Shown one piece after another: positions 48,860-60,917 of a DNA stretch of 64,000 bases. Numbering within the stretch: position 1 is the stretch's first letter; every line of letters starts with the position of its first letter. The notes beneath the pieces were generated by a model. It made no database searches, was not told where the DNA came from, and was given only the letters and a program-made list of their open reading frames with translations. A program made the position numbers and the translations under genes. Source of the stretch: Octopus sinensis (taxonomy: Eukaryota); the NCBI RefSeq assembly GCF_006345805.1, contig NC_043002.1, forward strand, positions 51,274,001 through 51,338,000, given 5' to 3'.

Positions 48860-50178
48860 GTTGTTGTTGTCGTCGTCGTTGTATTAAAACTCACAGTTGA
48901 TATTGCTGAGTATAATGGAAAGTGTCAGCTATACACAGCCAGTAGACTAAGGTGACACTTGTTTAACTGGTCATGCTTCAAGAACCCTGCGAAGAATTCT
49001 TGCGTTTCCAAACAATTCTGATTTTTGTAGGTGTTCTACCTTCACACTTGCACTGATCTTTTTCGGCCATGCTGGTAGTTGAGTACTGATACGTCCAAGT
49101 GCACCAACTATTATTGGTATCACGTCTACTCTCCTCATTGACCACAACCTTCGTATTTCCTATTTTAAATTTTCTTAGTTGTTTATCTTTTCTTCTTCTT
49201 TCACATTGATCCTGTTTTCACCGGGGCATGCTATGTCGATTATCATACATGTTCTTTCCTTTTTATTCGCCACAACAATGTCCGGTTTCCGATGTCTGGT
49301 CAGGTGATCGCACTGGATCATTGCATCCCACAGGATTGACTCCTTTTGGGGTTTGCTGATATCACGTCTTTACTCTTTGTAGGCCGTGATTTCCACAGAG
49401 TTCCCAATGAATCATTCTTGCGACATTGTCATGGCATCTTTTCTATCCGAGTTGTGCCAATTTCCGGCATTCGCTAACGATGTGCCATACCGTTTCAACC
49501 CTCGCATTACACATTCTGCATTTGTCGCTACCAGCAGTGTTGTGTATTCTCCACTTCATATAATTGTTCCTTAACGCTTGTTCCTGAGCTGCGCATATGA
49601 GTGCTTCTGTCTCTATCTTCAGATTACTCCACTTCATCCATACCTATTTCTTTACTACCCACAAGGGGCTAAACACAGAGGGACAAGCAAGGACAGACAC
49701 ACGGATTAAGTCGATTATATCGACCCCAGTGCGTAACTGGTACTTATTTAATCGACCCCGAAAGGATGAAAGGCAAAGTCGACCTCAGCGGAATTTGAAC
49801 TCAGAATGTAGCAGCAGACGAAATACCGCTAAGCATTTCGCCCGACATGCTAACGCTTCTGCCAGCTCACCGCCTTATTCTAATTCATCCATACCACCGG
49901 TCCTCTGCATCTGTCTTGGCGTTCCTACCTCTTGCAAACTGACATTACATTTTCTTTTCCTTCCATGTCTTTTCTGTTTTTCTTTCTTTCTTTTCTTTTC
50001 TTTTCATTTCATGTTTAAACTTTTCTTTAGTTACACAATTTTCAGTTTTGATAACTCGGCCTTTGTTCTTCAACAGTGGCTCCACTGAATTTATCAATAC
50101 CACCTTAGTCTGCTTTCCTTTGCTTCGATGCAGCTCTGGCAACTGATCATGCCTCTCCCACCCTTCCTTCTGGACAAG
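48860..50178 (-). pseudogene. R4/Dong-type non-LTR retrotransposon 3' fragment (CCHC plus restriction-like endonuclease)
   Basis: KEGGRG..WKEKKM..LKIETEALICAAQEQAL..DKCRMC..ETVWHIVSEC..HDNVARMIHWELC..RHRKPDIVV..CMIIDIACP..VIPIIVGALG..ARILRRVLEA* (stop 48971-48973). Confidence 0.9.
49645..49876 (-). mobile_element. Young SINE family A inserted into the R4/Dong fossil
   Basis: Near consensus; flanked by ttcatccatacc at 49633-49644 and 49884-49895. Confidence 0.92.
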
Positions 50179-50650
50179 TACAGAACGTAGCGACGGGCGA
50201 AATACCGCAAAGCATTTCGTCTAGCGTGCTAACGATTCTGCCAGCTCGCCGCCTTTCTCTCACTCAATAATAATAATAATAATGCTTTCAAATTTTGGCA
50301 GAAGACCAGCATTTCAAAGAAGGGGATAATTGGTTGCATACACCTCAGTGCTCAACTGGTATATATTTTAATGACTTCAAAAGGATGAAAGGCAAAGTCG
50401 ACCACGGCGGAATTTGAACTCAGAACGTAAAGACAGGCGAAATACCGCTAAGCATTTCTCCCGGCGTGCTAACGATTCTGCCAGCTCGACACTTTCGCTG
50501 CCTTAATAATAAGCAACAACAACAACAACAACACAACAACAACAACACACACACTTACACATATAATAAAATAATAATAATAAAATAATAAGAATAATAA
50601 TAATAAATAATAACAATAATAATAATAATTAATATAATATAATAATCAAT

Positions 50651-50683
<33 letters not shown>

Positions 50684-51715
50684 AATAATAATAAAATAAT
50701 AATAATAATCTTTTCTACTAAAGGCACAAGGCCTGAAATTTTGGGGGGGGGATTAGTCTAATATCCACCCCGATGTTTAATAATAATATAATAATAATAA
50801 TATAATAATAATTATAATAATGAATAATAAGATGAGAGAAGAAGAAGAAGAGAAAAAGAGAAGAAGAAGAAAAAAGACAGAAGAAGAAGAAGAAGAAGAA
50901 GAAGAAGAAAAAAAGAAGAAGAAGAAGAGAAAGAAGAAAAGAAGAAGAAAAAAGAAGAAGAAGAAGAAGAAGAAGAAGAAGAAGAATAAGAAGAAGAAGA
51001 AGAAGAAGAAGAAAAGAAGGAGAAGAAGAAGAAGAAGGAGAAGAAGAAGAAGAAGAAGAAGAATCCTTTGTAGTTTTGATACAAGGCCAGTAATTTTAGG
51101 CGGAAGGAGTGGTCTATTATACTGACCCCAGTACATGACAGGTGCTTAATTTTATTGATCTCAGATCGTAAAGAGCCAAAAGAAATACCAATCGCCAATA
51201 TACAAATTTGGCGTTTAGGAGTAATCGATTACATCGATCCCAGGGTTTGAAAAAAAAAGAATTTTTGACCGATACTCAACCGATTCTGTCAACCGATTGC
51301 CTTAGAGTGCATTATCACTTAACCACAAAAACAAGGAATTTTGAAGTAAGGGTTTTTGCTATTAAATTGACCTTAGTTTGACTGATATTTTATCCTCTCG
51401 ATTAATGCAGATGAACGCCAGAATTAGCTTTGGCAGGACTTGAACTCAGAACATAAAGAACACACTGTAAGGCCTTTTGTCCTGTTTAATGATGCTTTCA
51501 AATTCTGACACAGGGAACAGCAGTTTTTTGAAGAGAGTGGGGAAGTCGATTACGTCGACCCACAGTACTTGACTAGTATTTATTTTATCAACCCCCAAAC
51601 GATAACAGGCAAAGTCCACCTCGATGAAATTCGAACTCAGAATGTAAAGACGGACGAAATGTCGCTAAGCATTTTCGCGGCACGCTTAACCATTCTGCCA
51701 GCTCGTCGCCTTTTC
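50179..51715 (-). mobile_element. Cluster of about six SINE family A copies or fragments interleaved with (AAT)n (50570-50820) and (GAA)n (50825-51062)
   Basis: Units at ~50179-50255, 50280-50500, 50710-50780, 51063-51170, 51340-51480 and 51490-51712. Confidence 0.85.
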
Positions 51716-51899
51716 CCCTTTTAATAATGAGAAGAGTTGCCATCATTAGTATTCTACCTACGTCCGAAACAGTTATTTATATTTATATTTCTCCTTCACA
51801 CGCCATCTTTATCATCATAAAAATCATCATCATAATCATCATCATAATCGTCGTCGTCGTCATTGTCATCGTCGACATCATCATTATGATCATCAGTAG

Positions 51900-52217
51900 T
51901 AACAACATTTATTATTGTTGTTGTTGTTATAGAAGAAGGAGGAGGGGGAGTAGAAGAAGAAGAAGAAGAAGAAGAAGAAGAAGAAGAAGAAGAAGAAAGA
52001 GCAGAAGAGATAACATGGTAGATAAAATATGACTTCAGGGAAAATGAGAGGAATGTAAAGCAAGACTGGAAGAGAACGAGGGGGAGGAAGAGGAGAGAGG
52101 AGGAGGAGGGAGAGGAAAGGATATTGTTTGTGACATACATGCATAAACATGCATACATCTACACAGACTTATATCACATACACGCGCGCGCGTATGCATT
52201 ACTAAATACACACGCTT

Positions 52218-52286
<69 letters not shown>

Positions 52287-52377
52287 CATGTATGTGTGTA
52301 TCTGCGCGTGTGTGTAGATCGTATGTATGCATATTGGTATTTTTGAATGTATGTATATATGTATGTATATATGTATG

Positions 52378-52411
<34 letters not shown>

Positions 52412-52600
52412 TGTATGTATGTATGTATATATGTATGTATGTACGTATGTATGGATGTGCATAAACAGTACTACTGATGATAAATAAGAACAAAAAGTAA
52501 AAACAAATGCACGTTGATATGCAAGAGTGCGGATGGCTAACATAAAGAGAGAGAGAGACAGAGACAGAGCTAGACAGACAGACAGACAGAGAGCTGCTTG
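51900..52600. repeat. (GAA)n, (CA)n, (TA)n, (TATG)n, (GACA)n microsatellites
   Basis: Directly visible. Confidence 0.9.
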
Positions 52601-53964
52601 GATAATGCAGGATAAAGAGTGAGCAAAGAAGTTGAAGTGGAAAAAGAGAAGGAGGAGGATGAAGGAATCAGTAAAAGATTGGAAAATTGAATGGGCAAGC
52701 CCCTGGAGAGATGCCGTATTCGTCGTGTAATATGGCTCTAGGCTAAAATCAGGTTCCTGTCTCATCAACTTCTTGGACTCGACTTGATCTGGCAACATTA
52801 TTCCCCTATTGACACCAAAATCATCGCCCTCAACACCACAACAATAACAACAACGACAACGATAACTACTACTACTACTACTACTACTACTATAATAACG
52901 ACCATAACTACAGCTTTCTAACGATCAGCAGCAACACCTAACAACAAACACCAACAAGAACAGTAATTCTAACTACACCTCCTCCAAACATCCATAATAT
53001 CAACAACAATAATAGTAACAGGAACTCGGACACTATCAGCACCGCCAATACCAGCGCCAACGTCCACAAGGAACTCCGACGTAGTTGTTTGAACTGTTAA
53101 AAATAACAGCCAATTCTGCTTCAAATAACACCCTAGCAATCTATAAGATGTGATGATAAAAAAACAGAATGTGTTCAAATAATCGGCTCCTAGAAGCATT
53201 ATTACCGGGAAAATTAATTGGGTGGTCGCGGATGGAGTGCTTTAGAGTACAAGTTTGTTTGATCAGGGCTAACCTAAGGCTAAACAAGAACCACTTCAGA
53301 AGCTAACAACACCTTAAACTTAACTAGTCACTATAGTAATAATGCAAACCAGTGAATGAGTGTGTGTATGTGAAACAGGATATCAAGTAGTAATGCAGTA
53401 CGACTGTTTCAAGCGACTCTATTTAATTGAACAATGCAATCGTGGTAACTTCCTGACCTGGTCTTATACATACACACGTGCGCACACACGCACGCACGCA
53501 CACACGCACGCACGCACACACGCACGCACGCACACATAATATCCAGGATTTGAGAGAACCAGGTATTTAAATAGTGAAATCACTAAGATCGGGTCGGTGA
53601 TAGCGCGACTGTGTACAGACATTGTATAACAACGAACACGTACTCACTAAAGTCAATACGTATTCGTTCCTCCAGTTATGCATACCTAAATGGATCGGAA
53701 GAGTCATCTGTAACTATTTTCTTTTTCTTGAGAAGTTATAAATGTTAATTTTTACCTGTATTCACCTAATGAAAACATTTTGATTCTTTTTTGCATGATG
53801 TAACACTTCGGTTCTTCAATAAAAAAAAAACAGACCTGAAACAGCTGTAGTGAACCACAATTCATATATTGTTATTATCATTATTGTATTTACATTATTA
53901 TATACATATGTGTGTATGTGTGTGTCTGTGCCTGTGTGTGTGTATGTATGTACGTAAGTATATA

Positions 53965-54403
53965 CAGGACGTCGTCGACTTACGACCGATCGACATTACG
54001 ACGATTGATGCGCCAGCTCCCGGCAGCAATAATAAATAGTTCAGTTGAAATCTAATGGGTTTAATTTCTTAGAAATTGACCCGTCTACGAGTGATGTCAA
54101 CTAACAAACAACTTCCCTTAGGTTTGGTTATCTATCGCTGCTGTGATTATCCCAAGTGTTGAATGAATATCCTGTCCCGGAGACATCGAGGCAACCTTGT
54201 ATTTGTTTATAAGAGGACTGCTTGAGACTCCGAATTTTTTGACTAACGCCAGTATAATAGTATAATGCAGAATGCTGTGTTGACTTTTACCTGAGAATGT
54301 ACCTTAAGAATGTAAAAATATGAAGCAAAACTATGTAGACCCATAGGCCGACATCCGATCAGTCAGTCGGAACCAATTTTGGTCGTAAGTCGACGACGAA
54401 CTG
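53965..54403. mobile_element. Tigger/pogo-like MITE, 439 bp
   Basis: TA on both sides; 23-bp TIRs caggacgtcgtcgacttacgacc / ggtcgtaagtcgacgacgaactg (21/23 match). Confidence 0.88.
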
Positions 54404-54507
54404 TATGTGTGTGTGTGTACACACACACACACATGCTATTATCGAACGGTGAGAATAAGTGCTCAAAGCTGCATTGGTGGTTATCCAAACACAAATAAAG
54501 TATATGG

Positions 54508-54559
<52 letters not shown>

Positions 54560-54886
54560 TGTTTGCTGTAAATACATTGAGATAGAATATTCTGATATGT
54601 AACGGGAAGTATTGAGACAATAGTATGTTTTTGTTTATAATCTTGTCATGATTGTTGTTGTTGTTGCTGTTGTTGTTACTGTTATAGATGTATTTGTTAT
54701 TTGCTTATTAATCTTGATAAAGTTGTTCTTTGTGATGGTGTATTTGGTGATTGGGTCTGAAGTATCCTACAATCATATATAAAGATACAAAGTGTTCGGA
54801 CTAAATTTGACAGTTTGCACAAAAGGATAAGAAAAAAATATGCCATCCCAAATTAAAAGTATTTTTTTTTAAATAATCAGTTAGAT

Positions 54887-55215
54887 CATAGGTTCTAAAA
54901 GTGGGAGCTACCACCCCCAGTGAGCGTTGAGAGGGTCCAGGTGTGTGCTGGTGTCTAAAGGGGCGATGCGGGGGCGATAGAGAAAAAGGAGGCATTGGGA
55001 GAAAGGCAGTGGATTAGGGGACGCTATGAATTTGTAATATTATTATAGTGTTGCATACAAATTATATAATATTATATTAAATATCAAATGATTCATAGTA
55101 TATATAAATTAGTAAAATATAATATATTTATTTACACATAAAAATAAGGGTGGGGCGCTGAGGGTATTATGTGAGCATAAGAGGGGCGTTGGCCCCAAAA
55201 GTTTGAGAAACTCTG
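54887..55215. mobile_element. hAT (MER5-like) MITE
   Basis: Ends cataggttctaaaagtggg / gtttgagaaactctg; degenerate 8-bp TSD agttagat / agctcgat (6/8). Confidence 0.6.
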
Positions 55216-55243
55216 AGCTCGATTATGGCTAGGAGATAACTGT

Positions 55244-55811
55244 TTACTCAAAGTAGCCTCTTTCAGCTTCCACCAGGGGCCTCAAGACGGTTCCTGAACC
55301 TGATACATGTGTTCCTCGCTGCACCCTGAAAAGATCTTCGAACACCTCCTTGATCTTGGTCACCAGTTCGGCCTTGGTGTTACAGGCAAGGTGGTTGGTG
55401 TCTTTCTCAACCGCGCCCCGCAAATAGTAATCCATGAGTTTACAACCAGGGGGTTAGGAGGCCATAAATTGGGGCTGATCAAGTTGTAGAATTTCTTCTA
55501 CAACCGCTTCTGACTCTTTCTGGAGGTATGGCAAGGAGCCGAATCCTGAGTTCCACACATATGACCTTCCAAGAGATTGACCTCAGTCTCCAGCAGCTTC
55601 ACATAGCCTCCTAAATTGAGCCTAAGACCCAATTCAAAGATGTGCAGCGCACAGTGTCACCATCACTGTAGACACGCCCCAAAACCATCGCAGTTTACGG
55701 GGACTTGGTTTCCAAGATGTCCATGTTATGTCTTAAAGCCTTTACAGGTTTCACAAAGCATTAAGCTGCCGCCATGATGTTGGCATTTTCGTAACCTGCG
55801 CGAAACATCAT
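55244..55811 (-). pseudogene. maT/DD37D transposase pseudogene
   Basis: MMFRAGYENANIM..[deletion]..ETKSP*TAMVLGRVYSDGD..GLRLNLGGYVKLLE..QDSAPCHTSRKSQKRL..LWPPN..MDYYLRGAVEKDTN..NTKAELVTKIKEVF..VEAERGYFE*. Confidence 0.85.
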
Positions 55812-56744
55812 GATACAGGCAACCCTTTTCCAATATCCGGCTGGCTTCCAATCCCTCATGTAAGCTAGCTTTTTCTCATCCACAACCTTAACCTTTATGC
55901 ATCAAACCCTTCATGAAAACAAGGAAACAAAAAAAAACGTCAAGTTTAGCTCGAGGACCCAGCATATTGCATGGTGGTGGTGGTTGTGGTGGGGGCTTCT
56001 TTGTTAGATGAGGTGGTGGAGTGGGGAGCGGCGTAGTCGGTGGCGGCGATGGTGGACGTAATGTGAAGACGATGGTTTTGGTAATGACAATGACAGTGAT
56101 GATGATGCTGATGATGATGATTGTCAAGGTGATGGTAGTTGATTATGTTATTGCAACGATTATAGAAGTAGTGGTGATGTAGTATGAGTCTTGATGGTGT
56201 AATGGTGGCCATGGTGGTGGTGGTGGTGGTGGTATAAGTGGTGCTACTGCTGATTCGGATAACCGATGGTAGTATTTGTGGTGGTAGTGATAGCTTTATT
56301 TAAAAATGGTGATTGTACGTTGGCGATGATGGCATTATTTATAAAGATCTTCCTTTATCTTAATAGAGGAGATGCTGGCGATATTATTTGTGGTGATGGT
56401 CGTGGCAGAAATATTTTCACAGTGGTGATTTAATATGTTTCTTTCATTGAAAGGATTGATTAGATGGTAATGTCTGCTGACGGCGGTGGTGACGGCTATG
56501 ATGATGATGGTGGTGGTGGTGGTGGTGGTGGTTGTCGACTAGTGTTGCGTATGATTGCTTCTGATCCATGCAATAAAAGTCTTAGATCTTCACTATTGAA
56601 ATATTAATTATTAAACTATTTCATGTCATAAATTCCTTTAGTTTTCTTCTTTAAACCAGGGGAAAATGATTTAAATTGTCAACAACAACAAAGAAGATGA
56701 CGACGATGACTACGACAACAACAACAACACCAACAATAATAATA

Positions 56745-56920
56745 ATAATAATCCTTTCTACTATAGGCACAAAGCCTGAAATATGGGGTATGAAGATAGA
56801 TGATTGCTTCGACCGCAGTACTCAACTGGTACTTATTTTATCGACTCCGAAAGGATGAAAGGCAAAGTCGACTTCGGCGGAATTTGAACTCAGAACGTAA
56901 AGACGGACGAAATGCCGCTA
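56745..56920 (-). mobile_element. SINE family A lacking its first ~45 nt (cut by the RTE insertion)
   Basis: aataatcctttctactataggcac..gacggacgaaatgccgctaag, then an abrupt switch. Confidence 0.88.
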
Positions 56921-57258
56921 AGATGGCCCGAACACATAAGCAATATGGAGCTATGGCAAAGAACAAATCAAGTGTCGATTAGGGAGCAAATATTTAAGAA
57001 AAAGTGGAAGTGGATTGGTAGCACAATTAGAAAAGACACACCAAATGTAGCGATAAGTGCTTTACAGTGGAATCCGGATGGATATAGAAAGAGATGTAGG
57101 CCTAAGAACTCGTGGCGTAGATCAACACAAAAGGAACTAGAGAAAGGGGGACATTCATGGCAGAGTATAAGTACAGAAGCCATAAATTATGCCACATGGA
57201 ATTCAATTATAAGTGGCCTATACTCCGCGTTGGAGGGTTAAAGGCAGAAAAAAAATAG
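56921..57258 (+). pseudogene. 5'-truncated RTE-clade LINE with a stop-free ORF2 C-terminus
   Basis: RWPEHISNMELWQRTNQ..KKKWKWIGSTIRK..ALQWNPDGYRKRCRPKNSWRRS..W..A.N...W* followed by an A-rich tail. Confidence 0.88.
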
Positions 57259-57434
57259 CTTCATTTAATTTCGAAAAGGAATAATCTAGTGTGTTTAGTT
57301 TAATGGCCTCGCAATGTATACAGTGAATTTTTTTGCCCTAGGTGTCGGGAAGACACTTTGTAAGAAATGGAAACTGAATTGTAAGAAGTAGAAAAACTAA
57401 ATGATAATAATATTTCTAAATACAAGAGTATTTA

Positions 57435-57690
57435 TCTTTTATCTTTTAGCCTTTACTAGTTTCAGTCATTGGAGAGCGGCCACGCTAGGTCATCGCCTTG
57501 AAGGGTTTAGTTGGTCAAATTGACCGCAGTTACATCAGAGTTTCTTTTTTCTTTATTAAAAGCCTGGTACTTATTCTATTAGTCATATTTACCGAACCAC
57601 TAAATTACGAGAACGTAAACAAAACAACACCGGTTTTCAATTTGTTGGGACAAACACAAGTACAAGCTTACATATTCATATACGTATGAC
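57435..57690 (-). mobile_element. SINE family B 3' half
   Basis: tttcagtcattg..ggccacgctagg..cttattctatt..ccgaaccactaaattacg. Confidence 0.75.
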
Positions 57691-58959
57691 CGCAGCTTTG
57701 AAGCTGAAATATTTTTGAACATTTAAAGGTTTAAAGATATGCATGCATATACATCTATATGCATGTATGCCCATGTGTGTGCTCGTGTGTGTGTGTGTGG
57801 TGTGTGTGTGTGTGCATGCGGGCTTTAGGTTAGGTAAAATGTTTGACATATTTCAACTTCTAAAGACATAGGGAGAAAAAAAATTGTCTCTTAAGGAGTA
57901 AAAAATTATATCTACCCAGTCTTGCTCTTTATTGGGTTTCCAAACGCACAGAATGCCTGGCTTTTTAGCCTTCATCAATGGTAAATACCAAAGCGAAGTA
58001 ACTCTGGGTAGATTTAAAGCTTTAAAACACAGTCAATAACATTGACTAAGTTGGGCGATTAGGCCACCAGGTCGGAAGAAATTCAGCAGTATCAACGACA
58101 AGCGAACTTTATGTTAGTTAAAATATGTTTGACTGCTTGGCAGTGACACAGTTGAATTTATCCGATATTTAGAACACCTTTGGTCAAATGTCTACTGAAT
58201 CAAGGTTCACCTGAAGCTAAAGGACATTGAGTGTAGGGTTAGGAGTAAGCAGATTTGATAGTCATGCTAGGAATATTTTGAATTATAGGTTTGTTGAATA
58301 GGGGTTAATATAGAGCTGAAGTACAATAAAATAACACAGTGGTATCAGCGCTAAACAGTGATAAGATATAAACATATGTTAGGCTAGTTAAAATATGTTT
58401 GTGACATAATTTAAGTTCTAAAGGTTAAGTTCTAATTTAAGTTCTGCAGTTAACTTGGAGAAAAAAAAATTCTTACTTATAATAAAATGTGTAAAAACAC
58501 CTTGTAACATGAAATAATTTTTTTCTCCCAGATAACTGTAGTGAATTTGCCTTTAGAATTGAAATATGTCGCAAGCATATTTTAACTATAATAGCAATTT
58601 TACCTTCCAAACAAAGTTGACAGAGTGCAAATTCCTCACTCACTCAAGTAAGTTCAAATGTACCATACAACTCTAACCCAGACTAAATCACTGCATATTA
58701 GGGTGTACTGTATATTCCTCAATCTGAAGCGGATCCTGTTATATCCATGCTGCAAGATCTACAGAAAACAACTACACGTTCTGTTGAAGTTTGTTCCAAA
58801 GAATTGCTCACACAGTAACAAAATCACTTTAGCATGTCTTCTGTTGAGAGATAGGAATTATAGAGGATAAGAAAACAAAAGTATTTTCAAAGTCTCTTCG
58901 TCTTTTCATCAGCCTTAATAGATAGCGAGAGGTGGATACGGTTACCAATGGAAAACATT

Positions 58960-59580
58960 AGCTCGCGTTCTACAAGCAGTGATGGAAGTGTGACTATGAG
59001 GAGGCCGGTTATTTTCGTTCATAGGCGTCACATCATTTTTCGATCTCTATTTCTAAGCCTTTGTGTTTGCTTAGATTTTCAAATTGTTTTACTGCTATGT
59101 TTTTATCTGATGAAATAGCCGTATCAGTTAATTTGCAGGTTCTATCCTTAATGATGATATCTGGGTTTGTTTTGCTTAAAATCTCCTGTCTCTGCTAACT
59201 TTGAAATATCAACGTATTATTTCTTTCCATTTCTGACACTGGGTGATATTTATATCAGTTCATGGCTAGTTTTTTGGGGTTTTTTTTTGTAATGGTTGCA
59301 TAGTTTCCAGTGCAAATATTGGCTTACTTTGTCATTGTGGTTCTTATACTTACTGGTTGGTTAGCAAGTGTTTGGTGTCAGTAGAGGACTCGCTGAATTT
59401 AGATGGCTTCTTGCTTCGTCACATCGGCCACATAATCTGCATTTTGGCTCTGAATAATTTTGAAGATATGGCCTTAGTTTATCATGTTAAACAAACTTTA
59501 GTCTTGTTCTGCCTGTATGAATCCTTCTATCCCTCCTTTTACTCATGAACTCTTTAGTTACTGATCGGCTGTTTTCTGGT
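58960..59580 (-). pseudogene. Second, older R4/Dong-type retrotransposon 3' fragment
   Basis: KGGIEGFIQAEQD*SL..CRLCGRCDEARSHL..YKNHNDKVSQYLHWKLC..NPDIIIKDRTC..SDKNIAVKQFENLSKHKGLEIEIEKM. Confidence 0.8.
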
Positions 59581-59754
59581 TAACATCGGCATTTTTCTTC
59601 AGAGTACACACTCTATGCCTTTCGATTCTTTACGTTTTGAGTTCAACTTCTGTCGAGGACAATATTAACTTTCCCTTTCATCCTCGCACGGTCGATAAAA
59701 ATAAAGTAACAATCAAGTACTAGGGTCGATAAAATAGAGTACTAATCAAGTACT

Positions 59755-59918
59755 AGAGGGAGGAAGGGAAAAAGAAGGCAGAAAAGCAGGAAAGAATAAG
59801 AGAAGGAAAGAAAGAAAATAGGAAGGAAAGAAAGAAAGAAGGCATGAAGGAAAGAAGGAAGGAAGGAAGGAAGGAAGGAAGGAAGGAAGGAAGGAAAGAA
59901 GGAAGGAAGGAAAGAAGG

Positions 59919-59952
<34 letters not shown>

Positions 59953-60075
59953 TAAAGAAAGCAAGTAAGCAAGTAAGCTTGGAAGCAAACAACCAAGCAA
60001 GTAAAGAAGCTGCAAGAAAGAAAGAAACAAACAAACAAACAAACAAACAAAGGAAGAAAGAAAAGACAAAAACCG
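59755..60075 (+). repeat. (GGAA)n-(GCAA)n-(ACAA)n compound tetranucleotide repeat
   Basis: Directly visible. Confidence 0.95.
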
Positions 60076-60917
60076 ATAAAGTATCGATAATAGTGATAGC
60101 GTTTCAAATTTTTGCCATTACTATTGATGCTGTTGTTGCTGCTGCAACTGATGTGGATGATGTTTCAGAAATATTTGGTTTTAGTAATGAGTTAATTTGG
60201 CGGGGTTTCTCTCCAGAAACCTAGGAAACTTTAGTATCCAAAAGTCATTTTACGAAGAAATTGTACTTTTAGCAACAACACATCTGTTTGATAAACTTAC
60301 ACACTTCTTCACATCCCTCCTTTAGAAGCGGCACTAGAGCGCTTCACCGACACTCACTCACTCATCTTTCCTTTCCTCTTCACTCCACAAACACACTTAC
60401 GCTCACACACACACACACAAGCGCACACATAAGCGCACGCCCGCGGACATACACTAAAATACAAACACACACGTCATTAATACAACGCTAGCAGACTTTG
60501 GGAATTGTGAAATCAAGACTAGTTAATATTCAGAGTGATAAAAAAATAACTACAACAATACCACCAAAAGCCATGAATAAATTATAATATCTAAGACTCG
60601 AGATCTTCATTGTTATTTAGTGAAGAATCACAGACTGTAGAGAAAGGTAAAAGAAAAAAAAACTTCTCAGACTATATAATTAACGATGACAATAGAAATT
60701 CATAATTAGAATGATAAAAAAAGTGATAAATTAAAACAATTATTATTATTATTACTTTTTTTTATATTTTTGTTGTTTAGGCTGTGCTTCTTAATTTTAA
60801 ATTATTGTGCTTATTATCCTTGTTAATCCGCTAAAAACCAATGATAATAAATTCGATTCTAATATAGGCACAAGGCTAAGACTTTTGAGGGCGGGAGTGG
60901 AGTTGATTTTGACTCGA

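Larger units (their letters stand above)
54788..55890 (-). mobile_element. maT (DD37D)-type Tc1/mariner fossil, internally deleted, with a hAT MITE in its 3' UTR
   Basis: TIR-like ta|caaagtgttcggactaaatt at 54786; transposase at 55244-55811; the other TIR is only tentative (~55872-55890). Confidence 0.6.

Noticed and set aside
50777-51198. Poly-Lys/Arg/Glu and poly-Phe/Ser ORFs
   Set aside because: Translations of (GAA)n
52640-52798. Minus-strand ORF start MLPDQVESKKLMRQEPDFSLEPYY
   Set aside because: No recognisable family and it runs into microsatellite; insufficient evidence for an exon
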